A stretch of 64,000 nt of DNA from Treponemataceae bacterium (GCA_963678065.2 CAXXVZ010000002.1:576001-640000), one strand, 5' to 3'. Numbered from the stretch's first letter, positions 10,068 to 20,627 are shown. Made by a program: numbers and translations. Notes: generated by a model not told the origin, from the letters alone.

Positions 10068-11027
10068 TCAGCCCTTGAGCGAGCCCATCATGACGCCCTT
10101 GACGAAGTACTTCTGAATAGAAGGGTACACGCAGAGGATGGGCAGGGTGGTCACGATGATGGTGGCAGCCTTCAGCCCCTCGGGCGTCATGACCTCGGTG
10201 GCGCGCGCCAGCATCTGGGTCATCTCATCGGAGCCTTCGAGGACGATGCGCCGCATGACGAGCTGGATCACCTGGCCGCTGGCGCTGGATATGTAGATCA
10301 TGCTGTCAAACCACGCGTTCCAGTGCCAGACCGCCACCCAGAGGGCTATCGTCGCGATGATGGGCTTGCAGACGGGCAGGATGATCCTGAACAGGATGAC
10401 GATGTCGTTCGCGCCGTCGATCCGCGCCGATTCCTCGAGGCTGACAGGTATGGTCTGCATGTAGTTGCGCACGATGACGAAATTGTAGGCGCTCACGAGT
10501 TCGGGCAGGACGAGGGCCCAGACCGTGTCGCGCAGATGGAGCTTCGTGACGAGAAGGTATGTCGGGATGAGCCCTCCCGAGAAGAACATGGTGAACACGA
10601 TGAGACCGGTCCAGAAATTTTTGTTGGGGAAGGTTTTTTTGGACAAAGGATAGGCCAGAGCGAAGGTGACGAGGAGCGAAAGACCCGTTCCGAGCGCGGT
10701 CCTCACGATCGTGTTCCTGTATCCGATGCCGATGAGAGGATTCCCCAGGACCCTCCGGTAGTTCTCCCAGGTAAAGCCGCGTGGCATGAGCGAAAGGCCG
10801 TTGGCCGCCATGTCCAGCGAGGAAAATGAAGAGGCGAGGAGGAAGAGGAAAGGATAGAGCGTCGTGACGCAGAGCACGACCATGAAGGTGTAGTTGAAGG
10901 CCGTGAAGACCAGGTCATTCGCGCCGGTGATCTGCCTGACACGGACCGGTTTCATGCCAGGCGCCTTGGATTTCCCCGGTGAGTTTTCCGTGGCCTCGCC
11001 CGCTGTATTGCTCCGTATCTTTCTCAT
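10068..11027 (-). CDS. Carbohydrate ABC transporter permease (LplC-like)
   Basis: EAA loop 'LEESARIDGA', 'FSGGLIPTY', C-terminal 'QKYFVKGVMMGSLKG'. Confidence 0.93.
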   Translation of the reverse strand: MRKIRSNTAGEATENSPGKSKAPGMKPVRVRQITGANDLVFTAFNYTFMVVLCVTTLYPFLFLLASSFSSLDMAANGLSLMPRGFTWENYRRVLGNPLIGIGYRNTIVRTALGTGLSLLVTFALAYPLSKKTFPNKNFWTGLIVFTMFFSGGLIPTYLLVTKLHLRDTVWALVLPELVSAYNFVIVRNYMQTIPVSLEESARIDGANDIVILFRIILPVCKPIIATIALWVAVWHWNAWFDSMIYISSASGQVIQLVMRRIVLEGSDEMTQMLARATEVMTPEGLKAATIIVTTLPILCVYPSIQKYFVKGVMMGSLKG

Positions 11028-11039
11028 CGCGCCTGCCTC

Positions 11040-12044
11040 TCACCAGATCCCGTACTCGTTGATTCTCTTGGCAACCGCATTGGCGCCGAGAACGAGGGCG
11101 AAGGAGATGGTGTTTTTGAACAGCCCCACCGCGGTCGAAAGGCTGTATTCCATGTTCATGAGACCCGTCCTGTACATGTAGGTGCTCATCACGTCGCCCA
11201 CCTTGTACACTGCCGGGTTGTAGAGGTTGAAAACCTGGTCGAAATTGTCGTTCACCAGTTTCCCGATGGCCAGGATGAGCATGATGGTGATGACGGGCGA
11301 GAGCGAAGGCAGGGTGATGGACCGCATGCGAACCCAGCGGCCCGCGCCGTCGATTTCGGCGGCCTCGTAGAGTTCGGGATCGATCGAACTCAGGGCCGCG
11401 AGGTAGATGATGGAGCCCCAGCCTATGGACTTCCACACCTCGGTCACGACGAGGACGAAGCGAAACCAGGCCGGGTCGGCGAGGAAGTAAATGGGCTTCC
11501 CGCCGAGATTCTTTATCAGGATGTTTATAGGGCCTATGGAGGGCGAGAAAAACTGCATGAAGATGCCGCCCAGAATGACCCAGGACACGAAATGCGGCAG
11601 GTAGCTTATGGTCTGGAAGGTTTTCTTCGCGCGAAAATTGCGGACCTCGTTGAGAAGCAGGGCGAAGATTATCGGCGCCGGAAATCCGAAGACGAACTGC
11701 AGCACGCTGATGATGATCGTGTTGTTGAAGACCTCTCCGAAGCTTCTGAGCTTGAAAAGTTCCTTGAACACGGCGAGCCCGACCCAGGGGCTTTTCATGA
11801 TGCCGTCAAAAAAGTTGTAGTCCTTGAAGGCGATCACGAGGCCGTAGATGGGAACGTACTTGAATACGAGAAAGAACAGGATGCCCGGGGCGAACAGCGC
11901 GACGAGATAGCGATTCTTCCAGTATCGCGACGCCAGGCTTGGGACCTTCGGGCCTCCCGCTTGGGGGAGCGCCCCCTGGGCCGCCCTCGGGGCCGCCCGG
12001 AGGGCAGTCCTGAGGACGGAGGGACCCGAAACGCGTGAGCTCAT
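11040..12044 (-). CDS. Carbohydrate ABC transporter permease (LplB-like)
   Basis: 'YLPHFVSWV', EAA loop 'LYEAAEIDGA', 'STAVGLFK'; start uncertain (ATG 12044 chosen). Confidence 0.92.
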   Translation of the reverse strand: MSSRVSGPSVLRTALRAAPRAAQGALPQAGGPKVPSLASRYWKNRYLVALFAPGILFFLVFKYVPIYGLVIAFKDYNFFDGIMKSPWVGLAVFKELFKLRSFGEVFNNTIIISVLQFVFGFPAPIIFALLLNEVRNFRAKKTFQTISYLPHFVSWVILGGIFMQFFSPSIGPINILIKNLGGKPIYFLADPAWFRFVLVVTEVWKSIGWGSIIYLAALSSIDPELYEAAEIDGAGRWVRMRSITLPSLSPVITIMLILAIGKLVNDNFDQVFNLYNPAVYKVGDVMSTYMYRTGLMNMEYSLSTAVGLFKNTISFALVLGANAVAKRINEYGIW

Positions 12045-12222
12045 TGAAACCGTCCCGATCGTGGATTCATCGCCCCTAAAATCGTTTTCAGAAGGCGACA
12101 AATGTACAATCAGGTCGTTTTACGGATTGCGCAATGGAAGGTTTTTCCGAAAATATCAGTATTTCCGGGAAATGCCGGTTTTAACCGATTTCTGACGGAC
12201 TGGCGGAACAGCGTGCGAGACC

Positions 12223-14643
12223 TCAGGAACCGTCCCTGACCAGCCTTCTGTGCTCGTAGGGCGTTACGCCGAAGCGGGATTTGAACTGCCGTATGAAGTA
12301 GGTCGGGGTGTTGAAGCCAACCATCCTCGAGATCTCCTGGATGGACAGGTCGCTCGTCTCGACGAGGCGTCGGGCCTCCGAAAGCCTGGCCTGGGTGACA
12401 TAGGCCACGAAGTTTCCGCCGGTTTCTTCCTTGAAAAGAGTGCTCAGGTACTTGGGACTGATCCCCACGGCCTCGCCGACCACGTCGAGCGACAGCTCCC
12501 CCGCGAGGTGGGCGGAGATATATTCCATGACATTCCTGACAGCTACGCCGCTTCTGTTGTCCAGCCTCGACTCGACGAGGCCGAACAAGGTTTCCATCGT
12601 GCGGATAAAGGAGATGGAAAGGCTGTCTATGTCCGGGGATTCGGATCGGAGGGCGACGATCCTATCGGCGATCTCGTCCCCTTCCTCCTCCCCGAGCCTC
12701 GCCGAAAGGGCGTACTTGTGGGCCAGAGCCAGAAAGCTGTCGATCTCCCTGAAGCACCTGGCCGCGCTGGCGGTTCCGGATCGCGCATAGGCCGCGAGGC
12801 CCCGGATCGACGCGGCCACTCCCTCCCGGTCTCTCGCGATGAGGCGGGACTCGAACTCGTCGAGACTTTTCTGTGACAAAGCTCCCTCGAACTTCTCTTG
12901 CGCCAGAAGGTCATCCCGGTCGATGAAAACCGGCGTTTCGGGGAAGAAAAATCCATATTCCAGGAAGATCGCCGCTTCCCCGAACGAGGAGTGGAGCGCA
13001 TCCAGAGAGTCTACTCTCCGGCCGAAGGCGACGCGGGGGGACCATCCGAACTCCTCTCGTGCCCTCCCGATCCATCCGGCGGCCCTCGCCTCTTCGTCGG
13101 TTCCCGCGGCGACGATGAGGCCAATCCTGTTGCTCCCGAGCGATGTGGCGAGAACGCTGCGCCCGCCCGACTCCTCGATTTCCTCGGCAAAGCGGAACGC
13201 GATGGCGCGCCTGCCCGCCTCCGCCTCCTCTCTCGCCTCCGCGGCGGGAATGGAGACGAGAGCAGCGCGGCAGACGGAAGGAAAATCCTTTCTCTCGAGC
13301 AGGCGAAGCGCTTCGGCGATGTCCTGCGGCCGGTCTCCGGCTTCGAGCCCCGCGATCAGCTCGTGTTTGACTACCGGCCTGTTCCTCTCCAGCGTGGCAG
13401 ACAGCTCGTCCATCCGGGATGAAAGCCCTTCGATGGCGGTCCCGAGCACGCGGTATTCGTCCGGGTCGTCCGCGGGGAGCGCGACCTTGAGGCCGACCAT
13501 CGACTTCACCCGGCCAAGAAGGAGGCCCAGGGGATTGTAGATCCGGGATGCGAGGACGAGGGCGACCGCCACCCCCGAGATGATGGCCGCGGCGCATATG
13601 CACAGCACGATGTAGCTGATGCTGTCGCTCCTGCGGTAGAGCACGGCCAGGGGAATCACGTTCGCGAGGTACCAGCCGGTATTGGCGACCTGCATGATCG
13701 CGACGAGGTGCGGAGTCCCTCCTATCGCACGCACCGCCGTCCGCGTCCCCGACCCCGGTTTTTTGGCGACGGAGGCTATTGCCGCCCCCATCTGCGCGCT
13801 CCACGCGGGCGGAGTCGTCGAAGCGACAGGCTCGCCCGCCCCATCGACCACGAAGGAAACGCCTCTGTCCGTGAGCGGAAACTGTTCCAGAATCGAGGCG
13901 ATAACGTCCGTTTTCAGCTCGACCACGATTATCACCGAGGCCGAGGCGGGGTCGGCGAGTATCGGAAAGTGCCAGTAGGAGGCGTATCGCCGCAGGCCGT
14001 CCTTGATGACGAGGGGGCCCGCGGGGTCGGAAAAGGGGGCCCAGACTCCGGAAGTCCCCGCTCCGGCCTTCACGAGACGGTACCATGCCTCTCCCGGCGA
14101 TTCGCCCGAGGAACGGTCCCTGGAATGGAGCCCCGACGACGAAGAGATGACAATGCCCGCCTGGCGGAAATACAGGTGTATGGCTTCGATCCTGTCGAAA
14201 TAGCGGTTCGCGATCTCCTTCAGATACCGGTGTGTCATGTAAATCTTGACCGAGTTGCCGTCGGAGGGATCGTCGGGATCGAGGAACCCGGCCGTCGGCA
14301 GGGGCAACTGTCCCGCACATTCCATGAACAGCATCGTGGAGGGATTGACGACGTCGTACCGGAGTCTCTGCTCGATGTTCTCCATGAAGGATAGGTTGAT
14401 CCTCCGGAGTTCCTCGCTGTACCTGGCCCGGAAAAACATGTAGGAGGAAGCCGCCACGACCACCGCGACGATGAAAACCAAGAGGACGAAGGCGCCCAGG
14501 AGGCGATAGAACACGGAGCTGAAAGCAGACCTCGCCCGGAGAATCAGGCCTTCCTCAGTCCTGGCAAGGTTTTTCCTTCCCTTGCCCCGGGCCACTCCTC
14601 CCACACACGCCTCCGATCCCCGCGGAACGTCCGGAATCGGCAT
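12223..14643 (-). CDS. Membrane-anchored AraC-family regulator (TM - extracytoplasmic sensor - TM - AraC HTH)
   Basis: Two hydrophobic segments; C-terminal 'YLSTLFKEETG' and 'VGFNTPTYFIRQFKSRFGVTP'; true start probably nearer 14547. Confidence 0.88.
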   Translation of the reverse strand: MPIPDVPRGSEACVGGVARGKGRKNLARTEEGLILRARSAFSSVFYRLLGAFVLLVFIVAVVVAASSYMFFRARYSEELRRINLSFMENIEQRLRYDVVNPSTMLFMECAGQLPLPTAGFLDPDDPSDGNSVKIYMTHRYLKEIANRYFDRIEAIHLYFRQAGIVISSSSGLHSRDRSSGESPGEAWYRLVKAGAGTSGVWAPFSDPAGPLVIKDGLRRYASYWHFPILADPASASVIIVVELKTDVIASILEQFPLTDRGVSFVVDGAGEPVASTTPPAWSAQMGAAIASVAKKPGSGTRTAVRAIGGTPHLVAIMQVANTGWYLANVIPLAVLYRRSDSISYIVLCICAAAIISGVAVALVLASRIYNPLGLLLGRVKSMVGLKVALPADDPDEYRVLGTAIEGLSSRMDELSATLERNRPVVKHELIAGLEAGDRPQDIAEALRLLERKDFPSVCRAALVSIPAAEAREEAEAGRRAIAFRFAEEIEESGGRSVLATSLGSNRIGLIVAAGTDEEARAAGWIGRAREEFGWSPRVAFGRRVDSLDALHSSFGEAAIFLEYGFFFPETPVFIDRDDLLAQEKFEGALSQKSLDEFESRLIARDREGVAASIRGLAAYARSGTASAARCFREIDSFLALAHKYALSARLGEEEGDEIADRIVALRSESPDIDSLSISFIRTMETLFGLVESRLDNRSGVAVRNVMEYISAHLAGELSLDVVGEAVGISPKYLSTLFKEETGGNFVAYVTQARLSEARRLVETSDLSIQEISRMVGFNTPTYFIRQFKSRFGVTPYEHRRLVRDGS

Positions 14644-14724
14644 CCGGCGGCGGATCGATTCCCATTGTGACCCGCTTTCGCGGATTCTTCAATCGTACCC
14701 GCTGAGGCACGGCGGCCCGCGGCT

Positions 14725-15678
14725 TCAGTCCCACAGGCTATGCCAGTCTTTCCCGCGCCCGGCATCCTTTCTTTCGGTGATGGTCATGTCCTCCGTGATG
14801 TCGGCGCACAGAAGTGCCTGGTCCGGCGAATACCGCTTCTGGTTCTGCTCGATCTTCGTCTGACTCATGGACGCATAGCAGTAGACACAGCCGTAGGCGC
14901 AGGTGTCGTAGGCGCCGATGTCCACGCTGCGCACACAGCCGCAGCCCTGTCTCTGGTTCCGGTCTTTCAGATAACTTCCCGGCGACAAGCCCTTGGCCGC
15001 CCGAATTCTCTCGATCCGCGCTCCGTCGATGCAGGCTCCGCGGGCGATCCCGTACCGCGCAAGATCGACGGATTCGCAGCAGGTCTGAATGCGCATGCCC
15101 TGTCCTGCGGCGATTTCGCCCATCGCTCCGGCGAGCGCGACGATCTCCTCGTCGAGAAGTTCACGGAAGTGCCCTGAGTTGCTCTGTTTCCTGATGTGAC
15201 GGTACATGTCGAGGAAACTGATCACGCAGGTCTCCGTCCTGCCCGCGAGCCGGGCGGCGATGTGGCCGAAGCGCTCGATATGGAAGGCTATGTCGACATT
15301 CCTGCCGAGGAACACGGGATCGTAGCGCCAGACAGCGCGGTCCGGCCCGACCCGTTCCGACAGTTCAAGAAAAGTCCGGATCCGCGCGTCCATACCGGGC
15401 AAACCCGGTTCGAGGTCCTGTCCGTATGGATTGAGCGTGTGAAGGAAATAAAACGAGTAGCTCAGCTCCTCCAGCTCGGTGAGCCGGGAGAGGAAAGGTT
15501 GTGCGTTTTTCGTCCAGAAGACGATGCACTCGATCCCGGCAGGGTCCAGCGGGATTCTGGACGCGGAATGCGGATTGAAGGGATTCCGCGCGTAGGCGAA
15601 GCCCTCCCTGATTCTCCGGATGAACCACTCCCCGAAGAATGCGGGGATGTCGGTCCTTCTCGACGCGCTGATGATCAC
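14725..15678 (-). CDS. DUF1848-family protein (radical-SAM/SPL-like)
   Basis: 'IISASRRTDIPAF', 'VFWTKN', 'WRYDP', 'CGCVRSVDIGAYDTCAYGCVYCYA'; GTG start overlaps the upstream TGA. Confidence 0.9.
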   Translation of the reverse strand: MIISASRRTDIPAFFGEWFIRRIREGFAYARNPFNPHSASRIPLDPAGIECIVFWTKNAQPFLSRLTELEELSYSFYFLHTLNPYGQDLEPGLPGMDARIRTFLELSERVGPDRAVWRYDPVFLGRNVDIAFHIERFGHIAARLAGRTETCVISFLDMYRHIRKQSNSGHFRELLDEEIVALAGAMGEIAAGQGMRIQTCCESVDLARYGIARGACIDGARIERIRAAKGLSPGSYLKDRNQRQGCGCVRSVDIGAYDTCAYGCVYCYASMSQTKIEQNQKRYSPDQALLCADITEDMTITERKDAGRGKDWHSLWD

Positions 15679-16121
15679 TGCTTTCCCTTCGCTATGACGC
15701 GGCAGTCCGTGTAGACAGTTTTCCACTGCCCGTCCTCGCCCCGCTTTTCCGCAAAAGCCGTGTCGCCCTTTGTCCACCAGACAAGCTCCCTGTCGTCGCT
15801 GTACCGGGCTCCGGACGCGGATACCACATTGGGCAGGGTGTAGATTTTGCCATCGGGCATCGTCACTTTGACGAAAGAGAGGCTGTCGTCGGAAAGCGAG
15901 TAATACCGCGCCGTGATCCGCTCCGCGCTGCCGCCCGCAGCTCCGCCTGCGCCTGTGCTCCCGCCCGTACCGTCGACCCCGACTTCATACACGACAGCCT
16001 CGCCGCCCTTCACGGTCAAGTGCGTCGAGGCCTTCCCCGAGCAGCCCCCCGCGAGCAGGGCGACGAAAAAGACGAGCGCCGCCGCCGCCGAGCCGATTCT
16101 GCAGGTACGGATCGATTTCAT
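15675..16121 (-). CDS. MliC-family lysozyme inhibitor lipoprotein
   Basis: Lipobox-like 'LAGGC', MliC motif 'SASGARY', 'WWTKGDTA'. Confidence 0.85.
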   Translation of the reverse strand: MKSIRTCRIGSAAAALVFFVALLAGGCSGKASTHLTVKGGEAVVYEVGVDGTGGSTGAGGAAGGSAERITARYYSLSDDSLSFVKVTMPDGKIYTLPNVVSASGARYSDDRELVWWTKGDTAFAEKRGEDGQWKTVYTDCRVIAKGKQ

Positions 16122-16765
16122 GTTCTGCTTCCTTCCATAATAGACTGCTGGCGGGAGGCATCCCGCTGTGGCCGGTATCCGCAAGTCTGCGTTGACAGTT
16201 CTGGACTGCAGCGCCCATTATCGAGATGCTCCAAACTACCTATCGCGATCTCTGCCTCTTGAGTCATAGAGTATCGCAGGCTTGGGCCGGAAAGCGAGGC
16301 CGCAATGCCCTCATCCGTTTTCAGCGCCGACCCCTCTCGATCCTCCGCGCCTTCGCATCTCTCCGGGCAGGCACAGGCATTCTCCTTCGCCATGGATTGG
16401 CTCAAGCCGACGGAGGCCTCCTCGCTCCCCTCGCCCTGAGGCTTCTTTTCGCGGGTTTCGCATATCTGGCAGGGTTCGGCTTTGCCATTTGCATGTGGAT
16501 CTACTGCGACTCTATGTCGTCGAGATGTCTTTCGACGAAAAAACTTCTCTGGTTGCGATAAAAACCCTCGCCCCGGTAAGCCTGAAAACATTCGCGATCC
16601 AGACACTTCCGCAATCGTCGTAAGCCGGCCTCACGGGGGATTCATACGCACTTTCGGACAGATGGTAAACGCCCCCTGGATACAAGTCCGCGTCGCGGAA
16701 AAAACTTCCCTTTATCGTCGATCTACAGGGCATGATCCACGACGGAAAGCTCTTCGGGAAACTAT
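16103..16765. repeat. Diverged direct repeat, copy 1 (partner ~27899-28646)
   Basis: Begins AGGTACGGATCGATTTCATGTTCTG, identical to 27899 onward; similarity continues with indels to about 16765 (end approximate). Confidence 0.85.
16305..16765 (+). pseudogene. Frameshifted paralogue of the membrane protein at 28151-28690
   Basis: Fragments in different frames (MPSSVFSA, GLAQADGGLLAPLALRLL, YVVEMSFDEKTSLVAIKTLAP, VNAPWIQV) match the intact copy; internal deletion after 'VFSA'. Confidence 0.85.
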
Positions 16766-17024
16766 TACGGATCAGAAGCCCGGTAGGATAACCCACATTG
16801 CGAGGGTACGATAGGAGACGGGCAACTTTTCAGGAGAGATCCGGGTCACAGGCCTACATGCTGCTGCGGTTTTCAGCGAAGAAATCTCATTCCCTTTACG
16901 TTTCTACAAATAGAATCTTGACGCCATCCGGACCCTCTGCCACTATTATGAGGATCGCATTCCCGAGTGGAAGCGCGATCGGGAGGACAGGTGCTTCCTC
17001 CGAGCATGCATGGAGGTGTTTCCT

Positions 17025-17831
17025 ATGGTACGTAGCAAAAAGATTTTCTTCGCTGTCCTCATCGCATTCGTGGTCGGGCTGGTATTCCCGCTGGCTGCCG
17101 AGAGCCCGGACCAGGCGGCGCCCGCGAGGCTCGCTCGCATTCTGGAGACCAAAGTCCTGCGCGTCGGCACGCCCGGCGACTATCGCCCCTTCTCGATGCT
17201 CGACAAAGCCACTGGCCAGTTCGAGGGGCACGACGTCGATCTCGCAAAGCTTCTCGCGTCGGATCTCGGCGTCAGCGTCGAATTCGTCCAGACCACCTGG
17301 TCGAAAATGATGGATGACCTCCTCGCCGACAAGTACGACATCGCCATGGGCGGCATCACCAGAAGTCTTGCACGCATTCTCAAGGTCGACTTCCTCGGAC
17401 CCTACGCTCCCAATGGCAAGGTCGCCCTGATTCGAGCCGCGGACAAAAACAAGTACACGACTCTGGCCGCGGTTGACACACCCGGAACCACCATCATGGT
17501 CAATCCGGGCGGAACCAACGAGAAGTTCGTCCTAGCCAACATCAAGAATGCCAAGGTTGTCACCTATCCGGCCAATGCCGAAATCCCCGGCAAAGTCGCC
17601 GAGGGACAAGCTGACGTCATGATCACAGAAGCCTACGAGGCAGTCGTCTACGCCAAGCTCGACAGCCGCCTCTATGGCGCCTTCATCGACAAGCCCCTGA
17701 CCAAGATAAGCTACATGGGCTTCATGCTCCGCGACGATGATCCCCAGTTCCTCAAGGTCATGAACTTTATCTGGAACGACGCGAAGTTGCGCGGAGACCT
17801 CGATGTGCTGTTCGAGAAGTGGCTGAAGTAG
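17025..17831 (+). CDS. Amino-acid solute-binding protein family 3 / cyclohexadienyl dehydratase (PheC-like)
   Basis: Signal peptide, 'LRVGTPGDYRPFS', 'DIAMGGIT', 'VNPGGTNEKF'; GGAGG before ATG 17025. Confidence 0.85.
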   Translation: MVRSKKIFFAVLIAFVVGLVFPLAAESPDQAAPARLARILETKVLRVGTPGDYRPFSMLDKATGQFEGHDVDLAKLLASDLGVSVEFVQTTWSKMMDDLLADKYDIAMGGITRSLARILKVDFLGPYAPNGKVALIRAADKNKYTTLAAVDTPGTTIMVNPGGTNEKFVLANIKNAKVVTYPANAEIPGKVAEGQADVMITEAYEAVVYAKLDSRLYGAFIDKPLTKISYMGFMLRDDDPQFLKVMNFIWNDAKLRGDLDVLFEKWLK

Positions 17832-17848
17832 CGCTCTATCCGCTGAAA

Positions 17849-17882
17849 AAGGGCAGGGAACGGAAATCCATTCCCTGCCCTT
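17849..17882. terminator. Probable bidirectional terminator between convergent genes
   Basis: Perfect 12-bp inverted repeat AAGGGCAGGGAA / TTCCCTGCCCTT with an A-run on the left. Confidence 0.8.
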
Positions 17883-17886
17883 CCGA

Positions 17887-19041
17887 TCATTCTTGCCAGA
17901 AATATTTTTCCAGGGCCACGGCAAAACAAGTTCCGAATTTCTTCAGCTTTTCCGGAGTGTGGGCCATCCCTTCCATGCCAAAATATGGCATTTCGGTGCT
18001 CACGGCGATATCGACTCCCCTTTCCCTGAAGAACCGCGAAAAACTGTTCCCGATTCCCGTATTCCAGTCCATTCCGAATGGAACATCTTGGCTTCTATCG
18101 TAGAGAATATCGCCGGGACTCGCCAAGGCACGTACTGTCTCCGTCAGAATTTCCCCGAACGCATCCGCGTGGTGCTGGTATTTTTCCGGCTGTCCGACGA
18201 TGAAAAAATGATCGTCACGGCCGCCCCATTTCCAGGGCGAATGCAGGTCGAAGGCGCCGATGATGTCATTCCCCGCGGCAAGCCGTTTGACGGCCGCCAC
18301 CGAGGAATACAGGGGCGTCCCGCCATAATCCCGGTTGTGGTCATGCGGGATCCTCGATTTTCCTTGATCGCCGTCTTCGACGCCGTCCAGATCCATGAAG
18401 GGCACGACCAGAATCGAATATTCGGTTGTCAGCAATGAGTCGGCGGTTCCCAGAAAATGTTCCATGATTCCCTCGAGCTGGTACGAGGCCGGAGACTCGC
18501 AGGCATGATGGCGGGCTGTCAGGATGATCTTCTTGCCGGAAGCGGATTTCCCGATTTCGACAATCGGTATCGCCCGCCCTTTTTCCGACACTACGAGTGT
18601 CCCTGTCCTGAGCGGCGGAATTCCAGAATCTGATGCATTCTCCGCGCGGGTATCGACGAACCGGAAATGATCCGACAGCTGGTAGGGAAACGAGAACGCG
18701 AAATATACCCGGGAATCGTCCGGCCCGAATCTGTAGCGGAAGCTTTTCCTGTCCACCAGGGTTTCCGCGCCTGCCCATTCCCATTTCCCTGGCGCTCCGC
18801 CGACAGAATTTTCGCGCCTGACACACGGCCCCCATGGCCCCAGCACCTCGCCATTTCCGAACTGAAAAAGTATCTCTTTCCCTTGCGCGCCGTCGACGCA
18901 GAAATTCCAGTAAAACCACCATTCTCCGGTGTCGCGGATATCCTGCTCGACCGAAACTACGAGTACCGTTTCCCCATCGGAAATTGAATGGATGATTATA
19001 TTGGCGCCGGGATAATCCGACAGAATTTTGATTCCTGACAT
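17887..19041 (-). CDS. M14-family zinc carboxypeptidase-like protein (cytosolic type)
   Basis: 'WWFYWNF', HxxE 'RHHACE', 'DHNRDY', 'DLHSP', 'STEMP'. Confidence 0.82.
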   Translation of the reverse strand: MSGIKILSDYPGANIIIHSISDGETVLVVSVEQDIRDTGEWWFYWNFCVDGAQGKEILFQFGNGEVLGPWGPCVRRENSVGGAPGKWEWAGAETLVDRKSFRYRFGPDDSRVYFAFSFPYQLSDHFRFVDTRAENASDSGIPPLRTGTLVVSEKGRAIPIVEIGKSASGKKIILTARHHACESPASYQLEGIMEHFLGTADSLLTTEYSILVVPFMDLDGVEDGDQGKSRIPHDHNRDYGGTPLYSSVAAVKRLAAGNDIIGAFDLHSPWKWGGRDDHFFIVGQPEKYQHHADAFGEILTETVRALASPGDILYDRSQDVPFGMDWNTGIGNSFSRFFRERGVDIAVSTEMPYFGMEGMAHTPEKLKKFGTCFAVALEKYFWQE

Positions 19042-19094
19042 TTTTCCCCCCGATTTTCAGTATTTGCAGCCGTCGGGCCACCTGACCACCTTTT

Positions 19095-20627
19095 CTATTT
19101 CAGGTATCCTAGCTTTTTCAGATGCGCTTCCGCGCTCTTCCTGACTTCGTCCATGCCATAGGTCTTGCGTGCCGTCTCGACGAATTTGTCCCAGTTAGTC
19201 AGGGGCTCTGTCCCGACGGCGAATTTCATGTGCATCTCCTGGATGTACGCATCGAGATCCGGGGTGCGCTCATGTGCCGGAACAAGGCCATTCACATTGG
19301 CGATCCTGGGCTGCCTGATTGTGAAATTGAGTTTTCCCCACAGGTCGTTCGGTTCGGCGATATAGCCCGGATAGAAATAATCGAGGTCTCCAAGGCGGAA
19401 TACCACCCAGTACGATTTCCACGCATGCTCGGGAACAACAATTTTCTTCGATACTTTCCCTTCGTCATTACGCTTGTAATCGACTCCTACCTGACCGAAT
19501 GTCGCCAGAGCATACAATTCCGTCTTCGGGTTCATCATGTCATTCAGAAAGGCGAGGATGGCCTGAAGTTTTCCGGGCTCCGACTGAGCCTTCACGGTGA
19601 CGAAGAATCGGCAGTCGGTGCCGTTCTCGTTCCAGTTGGTGTACTTGCCGAAAGGTCCCTGAAGAGCCGGCAGTTGAACCCATTTCGCTTTTGGATTCGC
19701 GGCGAAAATCTCCTTGCCCATTGTCGTTGAACTGTTTGACTCCCTGATCAACTGGAACTCCGCCGTAACGATTCCCACCTTGCCGGAGATCACAGCCTCG
19801 CGCCAGTTGTCGAACTTGTTGGTCGACCAATTCGGATCGACGACACCTGCTTTGATCTGGGCATTCCACCAGGAAAGGGCATTTTTCGCTTCGGGGCTGA
19901 AGGCTTCCATGACCAGCTTGCCATCAGCTATGCGGAGATTGTCCCTGCCGGGATACGCGCCGAAGGGCGCCCACATGGAATGCAGCTGTCCGAAAAAATT
20001 GCCGGCGGTCGTCACAGAGGTGAAACCGTAGGTGTCATTCTTTCCATTGCCATCGGGATCATTGGTCGTGAAGACTTTCGCGACCTTTGCCAGCTCTTCC
20101 ATGGTGGTCGGAGCCTTCAGGCCGAGTCTGTCCAGCCAATCCTGCCTCACCCATGGTGTCATCCAGTTCTGTACCGGCCTCGGCTGCCCGAGCGCGACCC
20201 TTTTCCCGTCATATTTGACGAAAGGCAGCTCGTTTTCATCGAGCATGGTGTCGAGGAATTTGTAATCCGGCAGGTATTTGTCCAGACTGAGGATTATTCC
20301 CTGTTCGGAATACTCCTTGACGATATTGTCGCCCATTGTCCAGTTCGCCTGGATGATGTCGGGGATATCGCCTCCGGCGACCATCGCGTTGAGTTTCGCA
20401 TCGGCGCCGTCAGTCGGCGCCGGCTGGATCTTGATGTCGAGCCTGTATTTTTCCTTGATGAAACTCGCTACAAAATCCTCCCCCGGTTTTGCCTGCGCAG
20501 CCCGTGTCCAGGGTGCGTGTTCCCAGAACACGACCTGATAGGTTTTTCCTGAACTGCCCGCACCCTGAGTCCACGCCATGGATACCGCGCTGACCAGCGC
20601 CAGCACCGCCACGATGGTTCTTTTCAT
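19095..20627 (-). CDS. Carbohydrate-type ABC transporter substrate-binding protein
   Basis: Signal peptide, 'AGGDIPDI', 'VRQDWLDRLGLKAP', 'DPDGNGKNDTYG'; AGGAGG before ATG 20627. Confidence 0.9.
   Translation of the reverse strand: MKRTIVAVLALVSAVSMAWTQGAGSSGKTYQVVFWEHAPWTRAAQAKPGEDFVASFIKEKYRLDIKIQPAPTDGADAKLNAMVAGGDIPDIIQANWTMGDNIVKEYSEQGIILSLDKYLPDYKFLDTMLDENELPFVKYDGKRVALGQPRPVQNWMTPWVRQDWLDRLGLKAPTTMEELAKVAKVFTTNDPDGNGKNDTYGFTSVTTAGNFFGQLHSMWAPFGAYPGRDNLRIADGKLVMEAFSPEAKNALSWWNAQIKAGVVDPNWSTNKFDNWREAVISGKVGIVTAEFQLIRESNSSTTMGKEIFAANPKAKWVQLPALQGPFGKYTNWNENGTDCRFFVTVKAQSEPGKLQAILAFLNDMMNPKTELYALATFGQVGVDYKRNDEGKVSKKIVVPEHAWKSYWVVFRLGDLDYFYPGYIAEPNDLWGKLNFTIRQPRIANVNGLVPAHERTPDLDAYIQEMHMKFAVGTEPLTNWDKFVETARKTYGMDEVRKSAEAHLKKLGYLK

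Noticed and set aside
12140..12190. Imperfect GGTTTTTCCG-like repeats upstream of the first ABC operon
   Set aside because: Could be an AraC operator, but too degenerate and irregularly spaced to support by eye.
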